Origin: Desulfobacterales bacterium
GTDB lineage: Bacteria > Desulfobacterota > Desulfobacteria > Desulfobacterales > UBA5852
NCBI GenBank assembly: GCA_963674755.2
Contig: CAXXVS010000003.1
Location: 1,728,001 to 1,792,000 of the forward strand
Reading direction: 5' to 3'
Length of the DNA: 64,000 bases
Position 1 is the stretch's first letter. Every line of letters starts with the position of its first letter. Positions 10,022 to 22,196 of the stretch are shown here, piece after piece. Position numbers and translations under genes: made by a program. The notes under the pieces were generated by a model. It saw nothing but the letters and a program-made list of their open reading frames with translations. It did no database searches and was not told the origin of the DNA.

Positions 10022-10896
10022 CGGTAGTGCACCCGTTTGTCCAGAAGGAAAAATTGCAGCAGGGCCATGACCGCCAGCAGCACCAGCAGGACGACGGTGA
10101 GGGCCGCGGCAAAATGGGTCTCGAAGTAGGAAAAGGCCGTCTCGAAAATGTAGTAGAGCAGAAGATTGCTGGCGTTGTTGGGCCCGCCCTTGGTGAGCAC
10201 GAAGAGGTGATCCACCAGTTTGAAGGAGTTGAGCACGGCGTTGATCAGCACGAAGAGGGTCGTGGGCATCAGCAGGGGAAACATCACCCGCCGGAAGTAG
10301 TGCCAGCGCCCGGCCCCCTCCAGCTGGGAGGCCTCCTCCAGCTCGGGCGGGATGTTCTGCATGGCCGCCAGGTAGAAGATCATGAAGAAGCCGGCCTCCT
10401 TCCAGATGGTCATCACCATGATGGCCGGCAGCACCGTGGCGGGGTCCCCCAGCCAGTTGTGCCCCGGCAGACCGAACCAGGAGAGCATCTGGTCGATCAG
10501 GCCGATTTCGGGGGTGTAGAAGAACAGCCAGATGTTGGCCACCGCGATCATGGGCAGAATCGTGGGGGTGAAATAGGCCATGCGCACCAGCGCCCGGCCC
10601 GGGAGGGCCCGGTTGACGAACAGGGCCATGGCGATCGCCAGGGCGATGGAGGTGGGAATGGTGCCCAGGGCGAACCAGACATTGTTCCCCAGGACCTTCC
10701 AGAAAATGGGGTCGCCCAGCATCCGTTCGTAATTCAGAACGCCCACGAAGCGGGACGGGCGGATGGCCGTGCCCTTGGAAAACAGGCTGTCGATCACCGT
10801 CATCACCGTCGGATAGTGGGTGAAGGCGATCAGCAGAATGGCCGCCGGCGTCAACAGCAGCCAGCCCTGAACATTTCGCGACACCTGGGTCCGCAT
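10018..10896 (-). CDS. Carbohydrate ABC permease (UgpA-like)
   Basis: IWKEAGFFMIFYLAAMQ, ELEEASQLEGA, LTKGGP. Confidence 0.9.
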   Translation of the reverse strand: MRTQVSRNVQGWLLLTPAAILLIAFTHYPTVMTVIDSLFSKGTAIRPSRFVGVLNYERMLGDPIFWKVLGNNVWFALGTIPTSIALAIAMALFVNRALPGRALVRMAYFTPTILPMIAVANIWLFFYTPEIGLIDQMLSWFGLPGHNWLGDPATVLPAIMVMTIWKEAGFFMIFYLAAMQNIPPELEEASQLEGAGRWHYFRRVMFPLLMPTTLFVLINAVLNSFKLVDHLFVLTKGGPNNASNLLLYYIFETAFSYFETHFAAALTVVLLVLLAVMALLQFFLLDKRVHYR

Positions 10897-10964
10897 GGAA
10901 GTTTTCAGGTCCGTTGAAGACCGGCGCGCCGGCGGGAGCCGCCCGCGCGCCGGGGGTTATTGCC

Positions 10965-12242
10965 TTAGCGGTACGGTTTCAACAAACGATCGGCCTGGGC
11001 CTGGGCTTCCCCCAGGGCCTGCTGCGGCGTCTGGGCGTCGGTCAGGGCGGCCTGGATGGCATCGTCCAGCAGTTTACGCACCCGGCCGGTCTGATAGGTG
11101 GAAAGTTCGGCCGTTGCGTACTGGAGCTGGTCGCGGGCCACCGCCGCGGGGGGGAATCCCTTGATGTATTGCTTCAGGGCCGCTGTTTCATAGGCCGCCG
11201 GGCTGACCCCCAGGTAGCCGGTTTTGATGGACCATTCGGCGGAGCGCTCCGGGCTGGTCATGAACTTGATCAGCCGCATGGCGGCCTTGCGCTCTTCCGG
11301 GGTGGTTTTCTTGAAGATGTAGAAATTGCCGCCTCCCGTGGGCGTTCCGCGCCGCTTGTTGGCCGGCAGCATGGCCACCCCGAAGTCGAAGGTGGCGTTG
11401 TTCTTGACCGCCGTCAGGTTGCCGGTGGAATGCCACATGATGGCGGTTTTGCTCTCCAGGAAATTCTGGCGCAGGGTTCCCCATTCGATGGTGCCGCCGG
11501 GCATGACCTTGTACTTGCTCCCCAGGTCTTTCCAGTATTGCAGGGCACCCACCACGTCCGGGTTGGCGAAATAGGTTTCATTGCCATCGCCGTTCATGAG
11601 GACCTGACCGTTTTGCATGGCCAGGGCGCCGAACATCCAGTAGGGGTAGCCGGTGGAGGGAATCATGACGCCCCATTGGGAGCCGTCGGGTTTGGTGAGT
11701 TTTTGGCCCATGGAGACCATTTCGTCCCAGGTGGCCGGCGGTTTGTCGGGATCCAGGCCGGCCGCCCGAAAGGCGTCCTTATTGTAATACATGACGATGG
11801 TGGAGCGCTGGAAGGGGATGCCCCAGGTCTTGCCGGCGGTGCGGCCGTTTTCCATGAGGGCGGGGTAGAAGGAATTCAGCCAGGCTTTTTCTTCGGCGGT
11901 TTCCACCACGTCGTCGAAGGGGATGATGGCATCCTGTTCGATCAACTCGTAGATGTCGATGGAGAACATCACCGAGAGCTGGGCCGGTTCGCCGCTTTTC
12001 AAGGCCGCCAGAGCCTTGATGCGGGCATCGTTGTAATTGCCGGCATAGATGGCCTTGACGGTGATATCCGGGTTGGCCTTCATAAAATCGGCCACGATGC
12101 CGTCCACGATTTTGGTCAAGGGTCCGCCCACGGCCACCGGATAGTACATGGTCAGCTCGGTGGCGGAACCCGCCGTGACGCCCGCCAACAGCACAAGCGC
12201 CGCCATTATCCCCATTCCCATCCATTTGAATCGTTTCAGCAT
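10965..12242 (-). CDS. ABC substrate-binding protein (UgpB-like, SBP family 1)
   Basis: Signal peptide after GGAG RBS; GIPFQRSTIVMYYNKD and PPATWDE. Confidence 0.88.
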   Translation of the reverse strand: MLKRFKWMGMGIMAALVLLAGVTAGSATELTMYYPVAVGGPLTKIVDGIVADFMKANPDITVKAIYAGNYNDARIKALAALKSGEPAQLSVMFSIDIYELIEQDAIIPFDDVVETAEEKAWLNSFYPALMENGRTAGKTWGIPFQRSTIVMYYNKDAFRAAGLDPDKPPATWDEMVSMGQKLTKPDGSQWGVMIPSTGYPYWMFGALAMQNGQVLMNGDGNETYFANPDVVGALQYWKDLGSKYKVMPGGTIEWGTLRQNFLESKTAIMWHSTGNLTAVKNNATFDFGVAMLPANKRRGTPTGGGNFYIFKKTTPEERKAAMRLIKFMTSPERSAEWSIKTGYLGVSPAAYETAALKQYIKGFPPAAVARDQLQYATAELSTYQTGRVRKLLDDAIQAALTDAQTPQQALGEAQAQADRLLKPYR

Positions 12243-12330
12243 GGCGTTTCTCTCCTTGTTGAGTCGGTTTGCAGTGGCCGAACCCAGACGATTCGGCGGG
12301 AAGGCCGATGGGCCGATGCGGAATCGCGCC

Positions 12331-13395
12331 TTAGCCCGACGACGCGGCTTCCGAAGCGTCGATGCCGATGCCGTCGGCGCCGAAACACTGGACCGCCGTC
12401 TCCGGCCAGTTGATGTGTAGCGTTGCACCGGGGGTGAAGTCGTGCCGGCCGTCGATCTTGGCGAACAACAGCTGATCGCCGTGCTTCAGGCGCACCACCG
12501 TTTCGGCCCCCAGATAGTCGACAGCGGCAATTTGCACCGGCAATCCTTGTGCGCCCACCTGTACGGCTTCGGGGCGTACCCCGATGAAGCCCTCCGGTGG
12601 ACAGGCGGCCGGCAGGCGGCCCCCGCAGGCCGCGGCCAGAACGTTGCGGTCCCGGATCAGGTCGATCTTCAGCAGGTTCATGGGGGGCGATCCCAGGAAC
12701 TGGGCGGCGAAGATCGTGCGGGGCTTTTCGTAAAGCGCGTGGGGCGGGCCGATCTGCTCCACGCGGCCCTGCTGCAGCAGGACGACCTGGTCCGCCATGG
12801 TCATGGCCTCCACCTGGTCGTGGGTGACGTAAACCATGGTCAACCCCAGCTTCTGCTGCAGCGAGCGGATTTCATCGCGCATCTCCGCCCGGAGCTTGGC
12901 GTCCAGGTTGGAGAGGGGTTCATCCATGAGACAGACCCGCCGCCGCGATACGATGGAGCGCGCCAGGGCCACCCGCTGGCGCTGCCCGCCGGACAATTGG
13001 GAGGGCTTGCGATGCAACAGGTCGGACAACCCCACCATGCGGGCCGCCTTTTCAAGCCGCGCGCGGCGGTCGTCCCGGGTGACGCGTCGGACCTTGAGCC
13101 CGAAGAGGATATTTTCACGAACGGTCAGATGGGGGAAAAGCGCGTAGGACTGAAAGACCATGGAGACCCCGCGCTCGGCCGGGTCCATGTGGGTCACCTC
13201 TTGGCCGCCGATGGCAATGGAGCCGGCCGTGGTCGTTTCCAGGCCGGCGATCAGGCGCAGGATCGTGGATTTGCCGCACCCGGAAGGCCCCAGGAGTACC
13301 GTCAGGCTGCCCTCCGGAACGGAGAAGGAGACGCCGTCGGCCGCCGCAACATCGGCCCAGCGCTTGGTCAGTCCGTGAATATCGATCCGGCTCAT
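12331..13395 (-). CDS. Sugar ABC ATP-binding protein (UgpC/MalK-like)
   Basis: Walker A GPSGCGKST, LSGGQRQR, MDEPLSNLDAKLR, VTHDQVEAM. Confidence 0.93.
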   Translation of the reverse strand: MSRIDIHGLTKRWADVAAADGVSFSVPEGSLTVLLGPSGCGKSTILRLIAGLETTTAGSIAIGGQEVTHMDPAERGVSMVFQSYALFPHLTVRENILFGLKVRRVTRDDRRARLEKAARMVGLSDLLHRKPSQLSGGQRQRVALARSIVSRRRVCLMDEPLSNLDAKLRAEMRDEIRSLQQKLGLTMVYVTHDQVEAMTMADQVVLLQQGRVEQIGPPHALYEKPRTIFAAQFLGSPPMNLLKIDLIRDRNVLAAACGGRLPAACPPEGFIGVRPEAVQVGAQGLPVQIAAVDYLGAETVVRLKHGDQLLFAKIDGRHDFTPGATLHINWPETAVQCFGADGIGIDASEAASSG

Positions 13396-14168
13396 GGGGT
13401 TCGGTCTCCGTTGCAGACCACCAGCTGGGTTCCGGATTGGGCCAGCAGGTCGCGCATGTCCGGCGGCGGTGTGCGGTCGCAGAAGACGACGGTGGCCTCG
13501 TCGATGCGGCCGCCGCGCACATGGGCCGGCCGGCCGAATTTGGTATGGTCGAGCACGAGGAAGGCACTGCGGCTGTTCTGGCGGATGATCTGCCGGGCCC
13601 GGACTTCTTCTTCGTAGAAGTCCAGCAGGGTGCCGTCGTCGTCCACCCCGGCCACCCCGTAGATGCCGATATCCACCTTGTAGGCGCTGAAAAGGGCCTC
13701 CATGCCGTTTCCCATGACATCCCGGTCCTCGTTGCGCAGCCGGCCACCGGCCACGGTGACTTCGAAGGTGGGATTGGCGCAGGCCAGAACTGCGATATTG
13801 AGGTTGTTGGTAAAAATACGCAGGTGCTGGTGTTTCCGCAGGGCGCTGGAGACGATTTCCGGGGTGGTGCCGATGCTGAACGCCAGGGAGACCCCGTCGG
13901 GGACATGGCGGGCCACCGCGTCGGCGATCATCTGCTTGGCCCCCTGGTTGAGCACCTGCCGCCAGGCGTAGGCCACATTGCCGGGGGTGTCCATGCGCTG
14001 CACCCCCCCGTGCACGCGCCGGGCCAGGCCGCGCGCGCACAGGCGATTCAGATCCCGCCGGATGGTCTGGGTGGTGACCTGAAACTGCCGGGCCAGCTCT
14101 TCCACAAGGATGAAGTCCGACTGGCGAACCATTTCCGCTATGTGGGCCTGGCGTTCGGAAAGCTGCAT
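13392..14168 (-). CDS. DeoR/GlpR family transcriptional regulator
   Basis: HTH VTTQTIRRDL, VHGG, IGTT, FTNNL, DHTKFGR. Confidence 0.93.
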   Translation of the reverse strand: MQLSERQAHIAEMVRQSDFILVEELARQFQVTTQTIRRDLNRLCARGLARRVHGGVQRMDTPGNVAYAWRQVLNQGAKQMIADAVARHVPDGVSLAFSIGTTPEIVSSALRKHQHLRIFTNNLNIAVLACANPTFEVTVAGGRLRNEDRDVMGNGMEALFSAYKVDIGIYGVAGVDDDGTLLDFYEEEVRARQIIRQNSRSAFLVLDHTKFGRPAHVRGGRIDEATVVFCDRTPPPDMRDLLAQSGTQLVVCNGDRTP

Positions 14169-14299
14169 GGGATCAATCGGGCCTGTTTTTGAGAATGGCA
14201 GATTTTCATTTGAGCGGTATTGGCACCCTACAACAACAAAATCGTAAAAAGCAACCTAATTGTTGTTTGTTTGGTTTTCATTAGCGGGCAATGTTTTTT

Positions 14300-14327
14300 C
14301 AATTAATTTTCATATGAAAATTAATTG
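14300..14327. promoter_or_regulatory. Perfect 28-bp palindrome, candidate operator
   Basis: caattaattttcatatgaaaattaattg equals its own reverse complement; lies in the AT-rich region upstream of the DeoR operon. Confidence 0.55.
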
Positions 14328-14450
14328 TGTTGCTTCCGGGCTTCTCCGCTATCCGTTATGGGGGAGGACGCGGGCCTTTGGGAAAACTGGACAGACGGCG
14401 GGATTGCTTTAAGAACGCCCCCTGGCGGTTTTCTTCGGATAAGAAGACGA

Positions 14451-15104
14451 TCAGGTGCAGATATAGATCTTGGATCGGCCGGTCGGGGTGGGGCTCTTTT
14501 GGACGTGACGGAAGTAGTGCTGCAGGAAGCGCGCCTCGTGTTTCAGGATCTGCAAGGCCCTTTGGCGGCCCATGGACATCAGACGGATATAGAAGAGCAG
14601 ACGCACGAAGCGGTTTTGCGGCACCTCGTGCTCCATCATCACAAAGGGCTTGCCCGGCTTGAGGCAGCGTTTGATTTCCTCCAGGGCCGCCGCCTGGGTT
14701 CGACCTTTGAGTTCGTAGAAGGCATGGGAGCAGGTCACGGCCGCGAAGCGGTCATCCTTGAAGGGCAGCCGGCTGCAGTCGGCCTGGACCAGACAGATTG
14801 CCTTGCGAGCTGAGGTCTTGGCGCGGGCGGCCCGCAGCATGCCCCCCGAGAAATCGAGCCCCACGATCAGACCGGCGTCGTCCACCCGCTCGGCCAGGGG
14901 GTGAAGTGTGGCCCCGGTGCCCGTGCAGATATCGAGCACGATATCGCCGGGGCGGGCGGCGGCCTGTTTGGCTAGGACAGCACGCAAAATCCCCTGTTTG
15001 TCGGTGGCGTGCAGGGCGATGAAGCGGTCGTAGCAATGGGAGAACAGGTCGTAATATTTTTGTCGGAAACGGCGCATGGCGGCAGGTCCTTTGAAGAACG
15101 CCAT
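14451..15104 (-). CDS. Class I SAM-dependent methyltransferase (UbiE-like fold)
   Basis: VLDICTGTG, GLDFSGGML, LPF, RCLKPG. Confidence 0.85.
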   Translation of the reverse strand: MAFFKGPAAMRRFRQKYYDLFSHCYDRFIALHATDKQGILRAVLAKQAAARPGDIVLDICTGTGATLHPLAERVDDAGLIVGLDFSGGMLRAARAKTSARKAICLVQADCSRLPFKDDRFAAVTCSHAFYELKGRTQAAALEEIKRCLKPGKPFVMMEHEVPQNRFVRLLFYIRLMSMGRQRALQILKHEARFLQHYFRHVQKSPTPTGRSKIYICT

Positions 15105-15156
15105 TGTTTCGACTTTCCGCCGAAAAGTCAACGACGGGATGGACCAATCGAATACC

Positions 15157-16029
15157 TTAGGTTTCCAGTTCGGGGTAGAGCCTTTGGGCGCACTCCGGAC
15201 AGACCCCATGGCTGAATACCGCTTCGGAATGGGCGGATATGTACAGTTCGATCTGCTGCCAATAGCCTTCATCATCCCGGATACGTTTGCAGGAGGCGCA
15301 GATGGGCAGCATGCCGCTCAGCGCCCGGACCTCGGCCAGGGCCTTTTGCAGATCCGAAATCAGACGCTCCTTCTCGGCTTCGGAATGCTTGTGTTTGGTT
15401 ATATCCCGGCAAATCGTCTGATAGATGAGCCGCCCGTCGGAATCCAGACGCTGGCTTGAGGTTTTGAGCGCACTGATTTTCCGGCCGTCTTTGCGGCGCA
15501 GGCCGCATTGGAAGTCCGCGACGTATCCGTATTGTTCCATCTCCTTTTTCCAGGCTTTTCTTTCTTCCCGGTCCAGCCATGTTTCCAAAGCATTCATCCG
15601 CATGAGTTCATCGCGGGGATAGCCCAACAGTCGCTCGTAGGCCGGGTTGACATCGACATAAGTGCCGTCGCTCGTGGAAATGATAATCGCATCACGGGAG
15701 TGCTCGAACAAGAGACGATATTTCTGCTCGCTGGCTTTCAGCGACTGCTCCGTTTCCTTGCGTCGGGCAATTTCCGCCATGCGGTCCCCGTAGCAGCCAT
15801 GAAATTTTTTCAGAATAAAAAAAGAAACCGATACGGCCAGGAGCGTCGTGAAAACGATCGTTACGACATGGGAACCCCAAATGGAGATATCCGGGAAGAG
15901 AAACTGTTTGGCGCCTTCGTAAAGCGCCATCAGGGAAGCCATTACGGCCAGGATGACCGTCAGCTGCCAGGCAAGGTTCGGATTGTGATTGGAATCAGTC
16001 AATGCGCATCCCTTAGGGCCCAGCGTCAA
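15157..16029 (-). CDS. Membrane-anchored PAS-domain protein with Cys-rich C-terminal module (start uncertain)
   Basis: Two TM segments; SEQKYRLLFE...VNPAYERLLGY...RDIT PAS domain; ICASCKRIRD...HGVCPEC. Confidence 0.8.
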   Translation of the reverse strand: MTLGPKGCALTDSNHNPNLAWQLTVILAVMASLMALYEGAKQFLFPDISIWGSHVVTIVFTTLLAVSVSFFILKKFHGCYGDRMAEIARRKETEQSLKASEQKYRLLFEHSRDAIIISTSDGTYVDVNPAYERLLGYPRDELMRMNALETWLDREERKAWKKEMEQYGYVADFQCGLRRKDGRKISALKTSSQRLDSDGRLIYQTICRDITKHKHSEAEKERLISDLQKALAEVRALSGMLPICASCKRIRDDEGYWQQIELYISAHSEAVFSHGVCPECAQRLYPELET

Positions 16030-16535
16030 CGTCGCATCGGGCCGTGGTCTCAGATCCCGTTCTGACGTTGATCAATCGGCGTTACCAGCGGATAGATAAC
16101 GGGCTCTATCTGCCGGCGTTTCGGTTATCGTCCAAAACCTGTTCAACTTTAACGCAAATTGAGCCGCAGACAAGGGCCTGACAGGGGGCCGGCGGGCCTT
16201 TGGTGCGGTGCAGGATTGGATCCGCTGCAGGACGCAACGGCAGGGCAGCGTTTGCCAGGAAAGGCGCCATCGTTAGGGCTTTCCACCGGCACGTCATGCA
16301 TGGGATGCGGGCGCGGCCATGGCGACCGTCCGGGCCAGGCAAGGCCCTTGAGGGGGCGCCTGGTTTCGAGGTCGTTCCGGGAATACATCCTTTATCCATC
16401 CCCAATAAGCTCTATGACCCATGGACAGGAACCCTCGGCGGGCATCATTATACAAGGGTTCGGAGTTCGCCGGAACCGTCCCTGAAACGATGCGGCTGAG
16501 GGGGCCAAACCCCTGGCCAATGAGAGGAGAATTTC

Positions 16536-18092
16536 ATGGAAGACAACACCCCAAGCAAGCCTGCCATTATCGTTATTTTCGGCGCGGGGGGCGATCTCAC
16601 CTGGCGCAAGCTGATCCCGGCCCTCTATAGTCTGTTTCGGGACGGCTGGATGCCGGAGCGTTATGCCGTGTTGGGCGTGGATCGCGTGGCGATGAATGAC
16701 GAAACCTTCCGGGACCACCTCCGGGAAAAGGTCACCCCTAATTTTCAGCAGGACGATGGCGAAGACGATCGCTGGTCGGCTTTTGCCGGGAACTTCACCT
16801 TCCTGCAGGCGGATTTCGACAGTGACGAGGCCTATAACACCCTGGCGGAGCGGGTCCGGGCCATCGAAAAAGGATGGGAGGATCAAGCCGACAAAATCTT
16901 CTACCTGGCCGTGCCGCCGGGCCTTGTAAACGATATCGCCCAGGGACTGGGCCATACCGGTATCCAGGAGGACCGCGAACACTGCCGCATCGTGGTCGAA
17001 AAGCCCTTCGGTCACGATCTGGAATCCGCCCGGGCGCTCAACACCATCCTGACGGACATCTTCCAGGAGAGGCAAATCTTTCGCATCGACCATTTCCTGG
17101 GCAAGGAGACCGTCCAGAATATTCTGGCCTTCCGCTTCGGCAACACCCTTTTCGAGCCGCTTTGGAACCGCCACTATATCGATCATGTGCAGATCACCGT
17201 GGCCGAGTCCCTGGGGGTCGAGCACCGGGGGGGATACTACGACAAGGCCGGCGCGTTGCGGGACATGATTCAAAACCACCTGATGCAGGTGTTCTGCCTG
17301 ATCGCCATGGAGGCGCCGGTGTCCTTCGACGGCGATGAGGTGCGCAACAAGAAGGTGGATGTGCTGAAGGCCACGCGCGAGATCCCGCTCCACCGGGCCA
17401 ACGAATTCGCCGTGCGGGGCCAGTACACGGCCGGTTGGATCGAGGGCGAGCGTGTGTCCGGTTACCGCGGGGAGCCGGATGTGGCCAAGGATTCCCTGAC
17501 CGAAACCTATGCGGCCCTGAAACTTTACGTGGACAACTGGCGCTGGCAGGGCGTGCCTTTCTACCTGCGCACGGGCAAGCGCCTGCCGGCCAAGGTGTCC
17601 GAGGTTTCCATCCAGTTTAAGCCGGTGCCGCACCAGACCTTTCCCAGGGCCGCGCTGATGGACTGGCGCCCCAACCGTCTGCTGCTGGCCATCCAGCCCG
17701 AGGAAGGCATCTTCCTGCGTTTTGAAGTCAAACACCCCGGCATGACCATGCACCTCTCGCCGGTGCTGATGCAGTTCTACTACCGGGAGGCCTTTGAAAG
17801 CGCTCCGCCGGAAGCCTACGAAACCCTACTGCTGGACGTCATGCGCGGCGATCCGACCCTTTTCATGCGGGCCGATCAGACCGAGGCGGCCTGGAAGGTC
17901 CTGACCCCGATCCTGGAGACCTGGAAGAAAGTGCGGCCCTTTTCTTTTCCCAACTACCAGGCCGGCACCTGGGGACCCGAGGAAGCCGAAATCCTGATTG
18001 CCCAGGACGGGCGCAGCTGGGTGATGCCCACCCACCTGCAATGCCAGGAAAACCTGGCCGCCTGCCATATTGTCACGGGCCGGCCCTCGTGA
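16536..18092 (+). CDS. zwf: Glucose-6-phosphate dehydrogenase
   Basis: IFGAGGDL, EKPFG, RIDHFLGKE, RDMIQNHL, RWQGVPFYLRTGK. Confidence 0.97.
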   Translation: MEDNTPSKPAIIVIFGAGGDLTWRKLIPALYSLFRDGWMPERYAVLGVDRVAMNDETFRDHLREKVTPNFQQDDGEDDRWSAFAGNFTFLQADFDSDEAYNTLAERVRAIEKGWEDQADKIFYLAVPPGLVNDIAQGLGHTGIQEDREHCRIVVEKPFGHDLESARALNTILTDIFQERQIFRIDHFLGKETVQNILAFRFGNTLFEPLWNRHYIDHVQITVAESLGVEHRGGYYDKAGALRDMIQNHLMQVFCLIAMEAPVSFDGDEVRNKKVDVLKATREIPLHRANEFAVRGQYTAGWIEGERVSGYRGEPDVAKDSLTETYAALKLYVDNWRWQGVPFYLRTGKRLPAKVSEVSIQFKPVPHQTFPRAALMDWRPNRLLLAIQPEEGIFLRFEVKHPGMTMHLSPVLMQFYYREAFESAPPEAYETLLLDVMRGDPTLFMRADQTEAAWKVLTPILETWKKVRPFSFPNYQAGTWGPEEAEILIAQDGRSWVMPTHLQCQENLAACHIVTGRPS

Positions 18093-18209
18093 AATTGTTG
18101 CCGCCGCCACTGTCCGATGGACAACGCCGTTCGGCCAAGACAACCGGAGCGGCTTGCGGTCCGCCCCCGTTTTCCGTTGGAACGGCAGAACGCCGGGAGG
18201 GAAGTCAAC

Positions 18210-18674
18210 ATGCAAATCGGCATCGCCGCCGATCACGGCGGCTACGAACTGAAGGTGACGTTGATCGCGGCGCTGAAGCGCCTGGGCTGCGAGGTCAAGG
18301 ATTTTGGCGCCCATCACCTGGATAACCAGGACGACTACCCGGACATGGTGGTTCCGCTGGCCCGGGCTGTGGCGGCCGGGGAAGTGGCCCGCGGAGTGGC
18401 CCTCTGCGGCAGCGGGGTGGGGGCCTGCGTGACGGCCAACAAAGTGCCCGGGGTGCGCGCGGCCCTGGTGGCGGATTGCTATTCGGCGCGCCAGGGGGTG
18501 GAGGACGACGACATGAACGTCCTGTGTCTGGGCGCACGGGTGACCGGGCCGGCCCTGGCCGAGGACCTGCTGGGCATCTTCTTGCAGGCCCGTTTCAAGG
18601 GTACCGACCGCTACCGGCGGCGGCTGGCCAAAATCGAACGGCTGGAAAACGGCGCCCCGGCCACCGGGGATTGA
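18210..18674 (+). CDS. rpiB: Ribose-5-phosphate isomerase B
   Basis: ADHGG, DYPD, CGSGVG, ANKVPGVRAA, NVLCLGAR. Confidence 0.93.
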   Translation: MQIGIAADHGGYELKVTLIAALKRLGCEVKDFGAHHLDNQDDYPDMVVPLARAVAAGEVARGVALCGSGVGACVTANKVPGVRAALVADCYSARQGVEDDDMNVLCLGARVTGPALAEDLLGIFLQARFKGTDRYRRRLAKIERLENGAPATGD

Positions 18675-18702
18675 TCGCTTTCCAGCACCAAAGGAGACAG
18701 CG

Positions 18703-19833
18703 ATGGATTCGAACCCACTTAAAGATATCCAATCGTACGGGCAGAGTATCTGGCTCGACGATATCCGCCGGGGCATGCTGACCGGCGGCGACCTGCAACG
18801 CCTGGTGGACGAGGACGGCCTGCGGGGCGTGACCTCCAACCCGGCCATTTTCGACAAGGCGATTTCCGGCAGCGCCGACTACGACGAACTCATCGCCTCC
18901 CTGGCCGGGCAGGGCCAAAGCGTGGACGCTATCTATCGCGCCCTGACCGTAGAGGATGTGCAGATGGCCGCCGACGTCTTCCGCCCGCTGTATGACGCCT
19001 CCGGCGGGGATCATGGGTTTGTGAGCCTGGAGGTCAATCCCCACCTGGCCTACCGCACCCAGGAGACCATCGAGGAGGCCCGGGAGCTCTGGCAGGCCCT
19101 GGACCGGCCCAATGTGTTCATCAAGGTGCCGGCCACCGCGGAAGGGCTGCCGGCTATCCGGCAGCTGATCAGCGAGGGCATCAGCGTCAATGTGACGCTG
19201 CTCTTCGGGCTGCCCCGCTACCGCCGGGTGGCCGAGGCCTACCTGACCGGGCTGGAGCAGCGGCTCGCCCAGGGCCGGCCCATCGACGGCATCCGTTCGG
19301 TAGCCAGTTTTTTCCTGAGCCGCATCGACGTGCTGGTGGACTCCCAACTAGAGGAACGGATGGCCGGCAGCGGCCCCGGGGCCCATATAGCCGAAGAGCT
19401 TCGCGGCCAGGTGGCCATTGCCAGCGCCAAACAGTCCTATCAGATCTACAAGGAGATCTTCCACAGCCCGCGCTTCCGCAAGTTGGCCGACCGGGGGGGC
19501 CGCACCCAGCGATTGCTCTGGGCCAGCACCAGCACCAAGAACCCGGATTATCCTGATGTAAAATACGTGGAAGCCCTGATCGGTCCGGAGACGGTCAACA
19601 CGCTGCCCGGCAAGACCCTGGAGGCCTACCGCGACCACGGCCAACCCGCCGCCCGCCTCGAGGAGGGGGTTAAAGAAAGCCGTGACATATTGGAAAAGCT
19701 TGCCCAGGTAGGCATCGACATCGATCAGGTGACCGAGCAGCTGGAGCAGGAGGGGGTCGACAAGTTCAACCGCCCCTTCGACAATCTCATGCAAACCCTG
19801 GCGGACGAGCGGGCGCGCTTCCTGGCACAGTAA
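18703..19833 (+). CDS. tal: Transaldolase
   Basis: GQSIWLDD, GVTSNPAIF, FIKVPAT, NVTLLF, LWASTSTK. Confidence 0.95.
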   Translation: MDSNPLKDIQSYGQSIWLDDIRRGMLTGGDLQRLVDEDGLRGVTSNPAIFDKAISGSADYDELIASLAGQGQSVDAIYRALTVEDVQMAADVFRPLYDASGGDHGFVSLEVNPHLAYRTQETIEEARELWQALDRPNVFIKVPATAEGLPAIRQLISEGISVNVTLLFGLPRYRRVAEAYLTGLEQRLAQGRPIDGIRSVASFFLSRIDVLVDSQLEERMAGSGPGAHIAEELRGQVAIASAKQSYQIYKEIFHSPRFRKLADRGGRTQRLLWASTSTKNPDYPDVKYVEALIGPETVNTLPGKTLEAYRDHGQPAARLEEGVKESRDILEKLAQVGIDIDQVTEQLEQEGVDKFNRPFDNLMQTLADERARFLAQ

Positions 19834-19875
19834 CCCGGTGCTCAAGCAAGGCGTTTTTAGCCATTTAAACACATC

Positions 19876-21309
<1,434 letters not shown>

Positions 21310-21313
21310 GATC

Positions 21314-22105
21314 ATGGCGGCGCCACCGATCAAACCCGTTTCGTCGGAGAGCGGAATCGAAAACCGGATCTACGACGATTACGAAGCCCTCAGCCGGGCC
21401 GCGGCCGCGCTGTTTACCGAGTGCGCCCGGGAGGCCTTGAGGGACCATCAGGACTTCCGGGTGGCCCTTTCCGGCGGGAAGACGCCCGCGCGCATGTTCG
21501 CGCTGCTGGCGGCCGCACCCTTGCGTGACGAGGTGCCCTGGAGCCGCGTGCAGGTCTTCTGGGGGGATGAACGCTGGGTGCCGCTGGACGACGAACGCAG
21601 CAATGCCGGGCAGGCCCGCCGCCAACTGCTCGACCGGGTGCCCCTGCCGGCGGACCAGGCTTACCCGATGGTCTGCGGCGCGTCGCCGGCCGAGGCCGCC
21701 CTGGCCTACGAGGAGCGGATCCACCGGCAGTTCGGGCATCAACCGCCATGCTTCGACCTGATTTTCCTGGGGTTGGGGACGGAAGGCCACACCGCCTCCT
21801 TGTTTCCCGGAAGCGATCTGATTAGCGAAACGCAGCGCTGGGTGCGGGAGGTGCCGCATGGTCCGGCAGGACTCAGCCGGGTGAGTTTCACACCCCTCTT
21901 GATCAACCAGGCCGCCGCCGTGGCCTTTCTGGTGAGTGGTGAAAACAAAGCGGACACGGTGCGGGCCATCCAGCAGGGGCCCCGCCAACCGGAGCACTAT
22001 CCGGCCCAGAGCATCCGGCCGGCGAAGGGGCGGCTGATTTGGCTCCTGGACCGGGCCGCCGCGGCGCGCCTGGACGGTTCATCGGAACGCCCCACCCCTG
22101 AATAG
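21314..22105 (+). CDS. pgl: 6-phosphogluconolactonase
   Basis: ALSGGKTP, FWGDERWVP, LGLGTEGHTASLFP. Confidence 0.94.
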   Translation: MAAPPIKPVSSESGIENRIYDDYEALSRAAAALFTECAREALRDHQDFRVALSGGKTPARMFALLAAAPLRDEVPWSRVQVFWGDERWVPLDDERSNAGQARRQLLDRVPLPADQAYPMVCGASPAEAALAYEERIHRQFGHQPPCFDLIFLGLGTEGHTASLFPGSDLISETQRWVREVPHGPAGLSRVSFTPLLINQAAAVAFLVSGENKADTVRAIQQGPRQPEHYPAQSIRPAKGRLIWLLDRAAAARLDGSSERPTPE

Positions 22106-22196
22106 CAGCTTGCGGCCCGGGCCCCCGAAGGGATAAATCCACCTTTGGCGGACAAATCAGCTTCGCGCGCTATGGAAATCCTCGCCGTTAAAGGAG

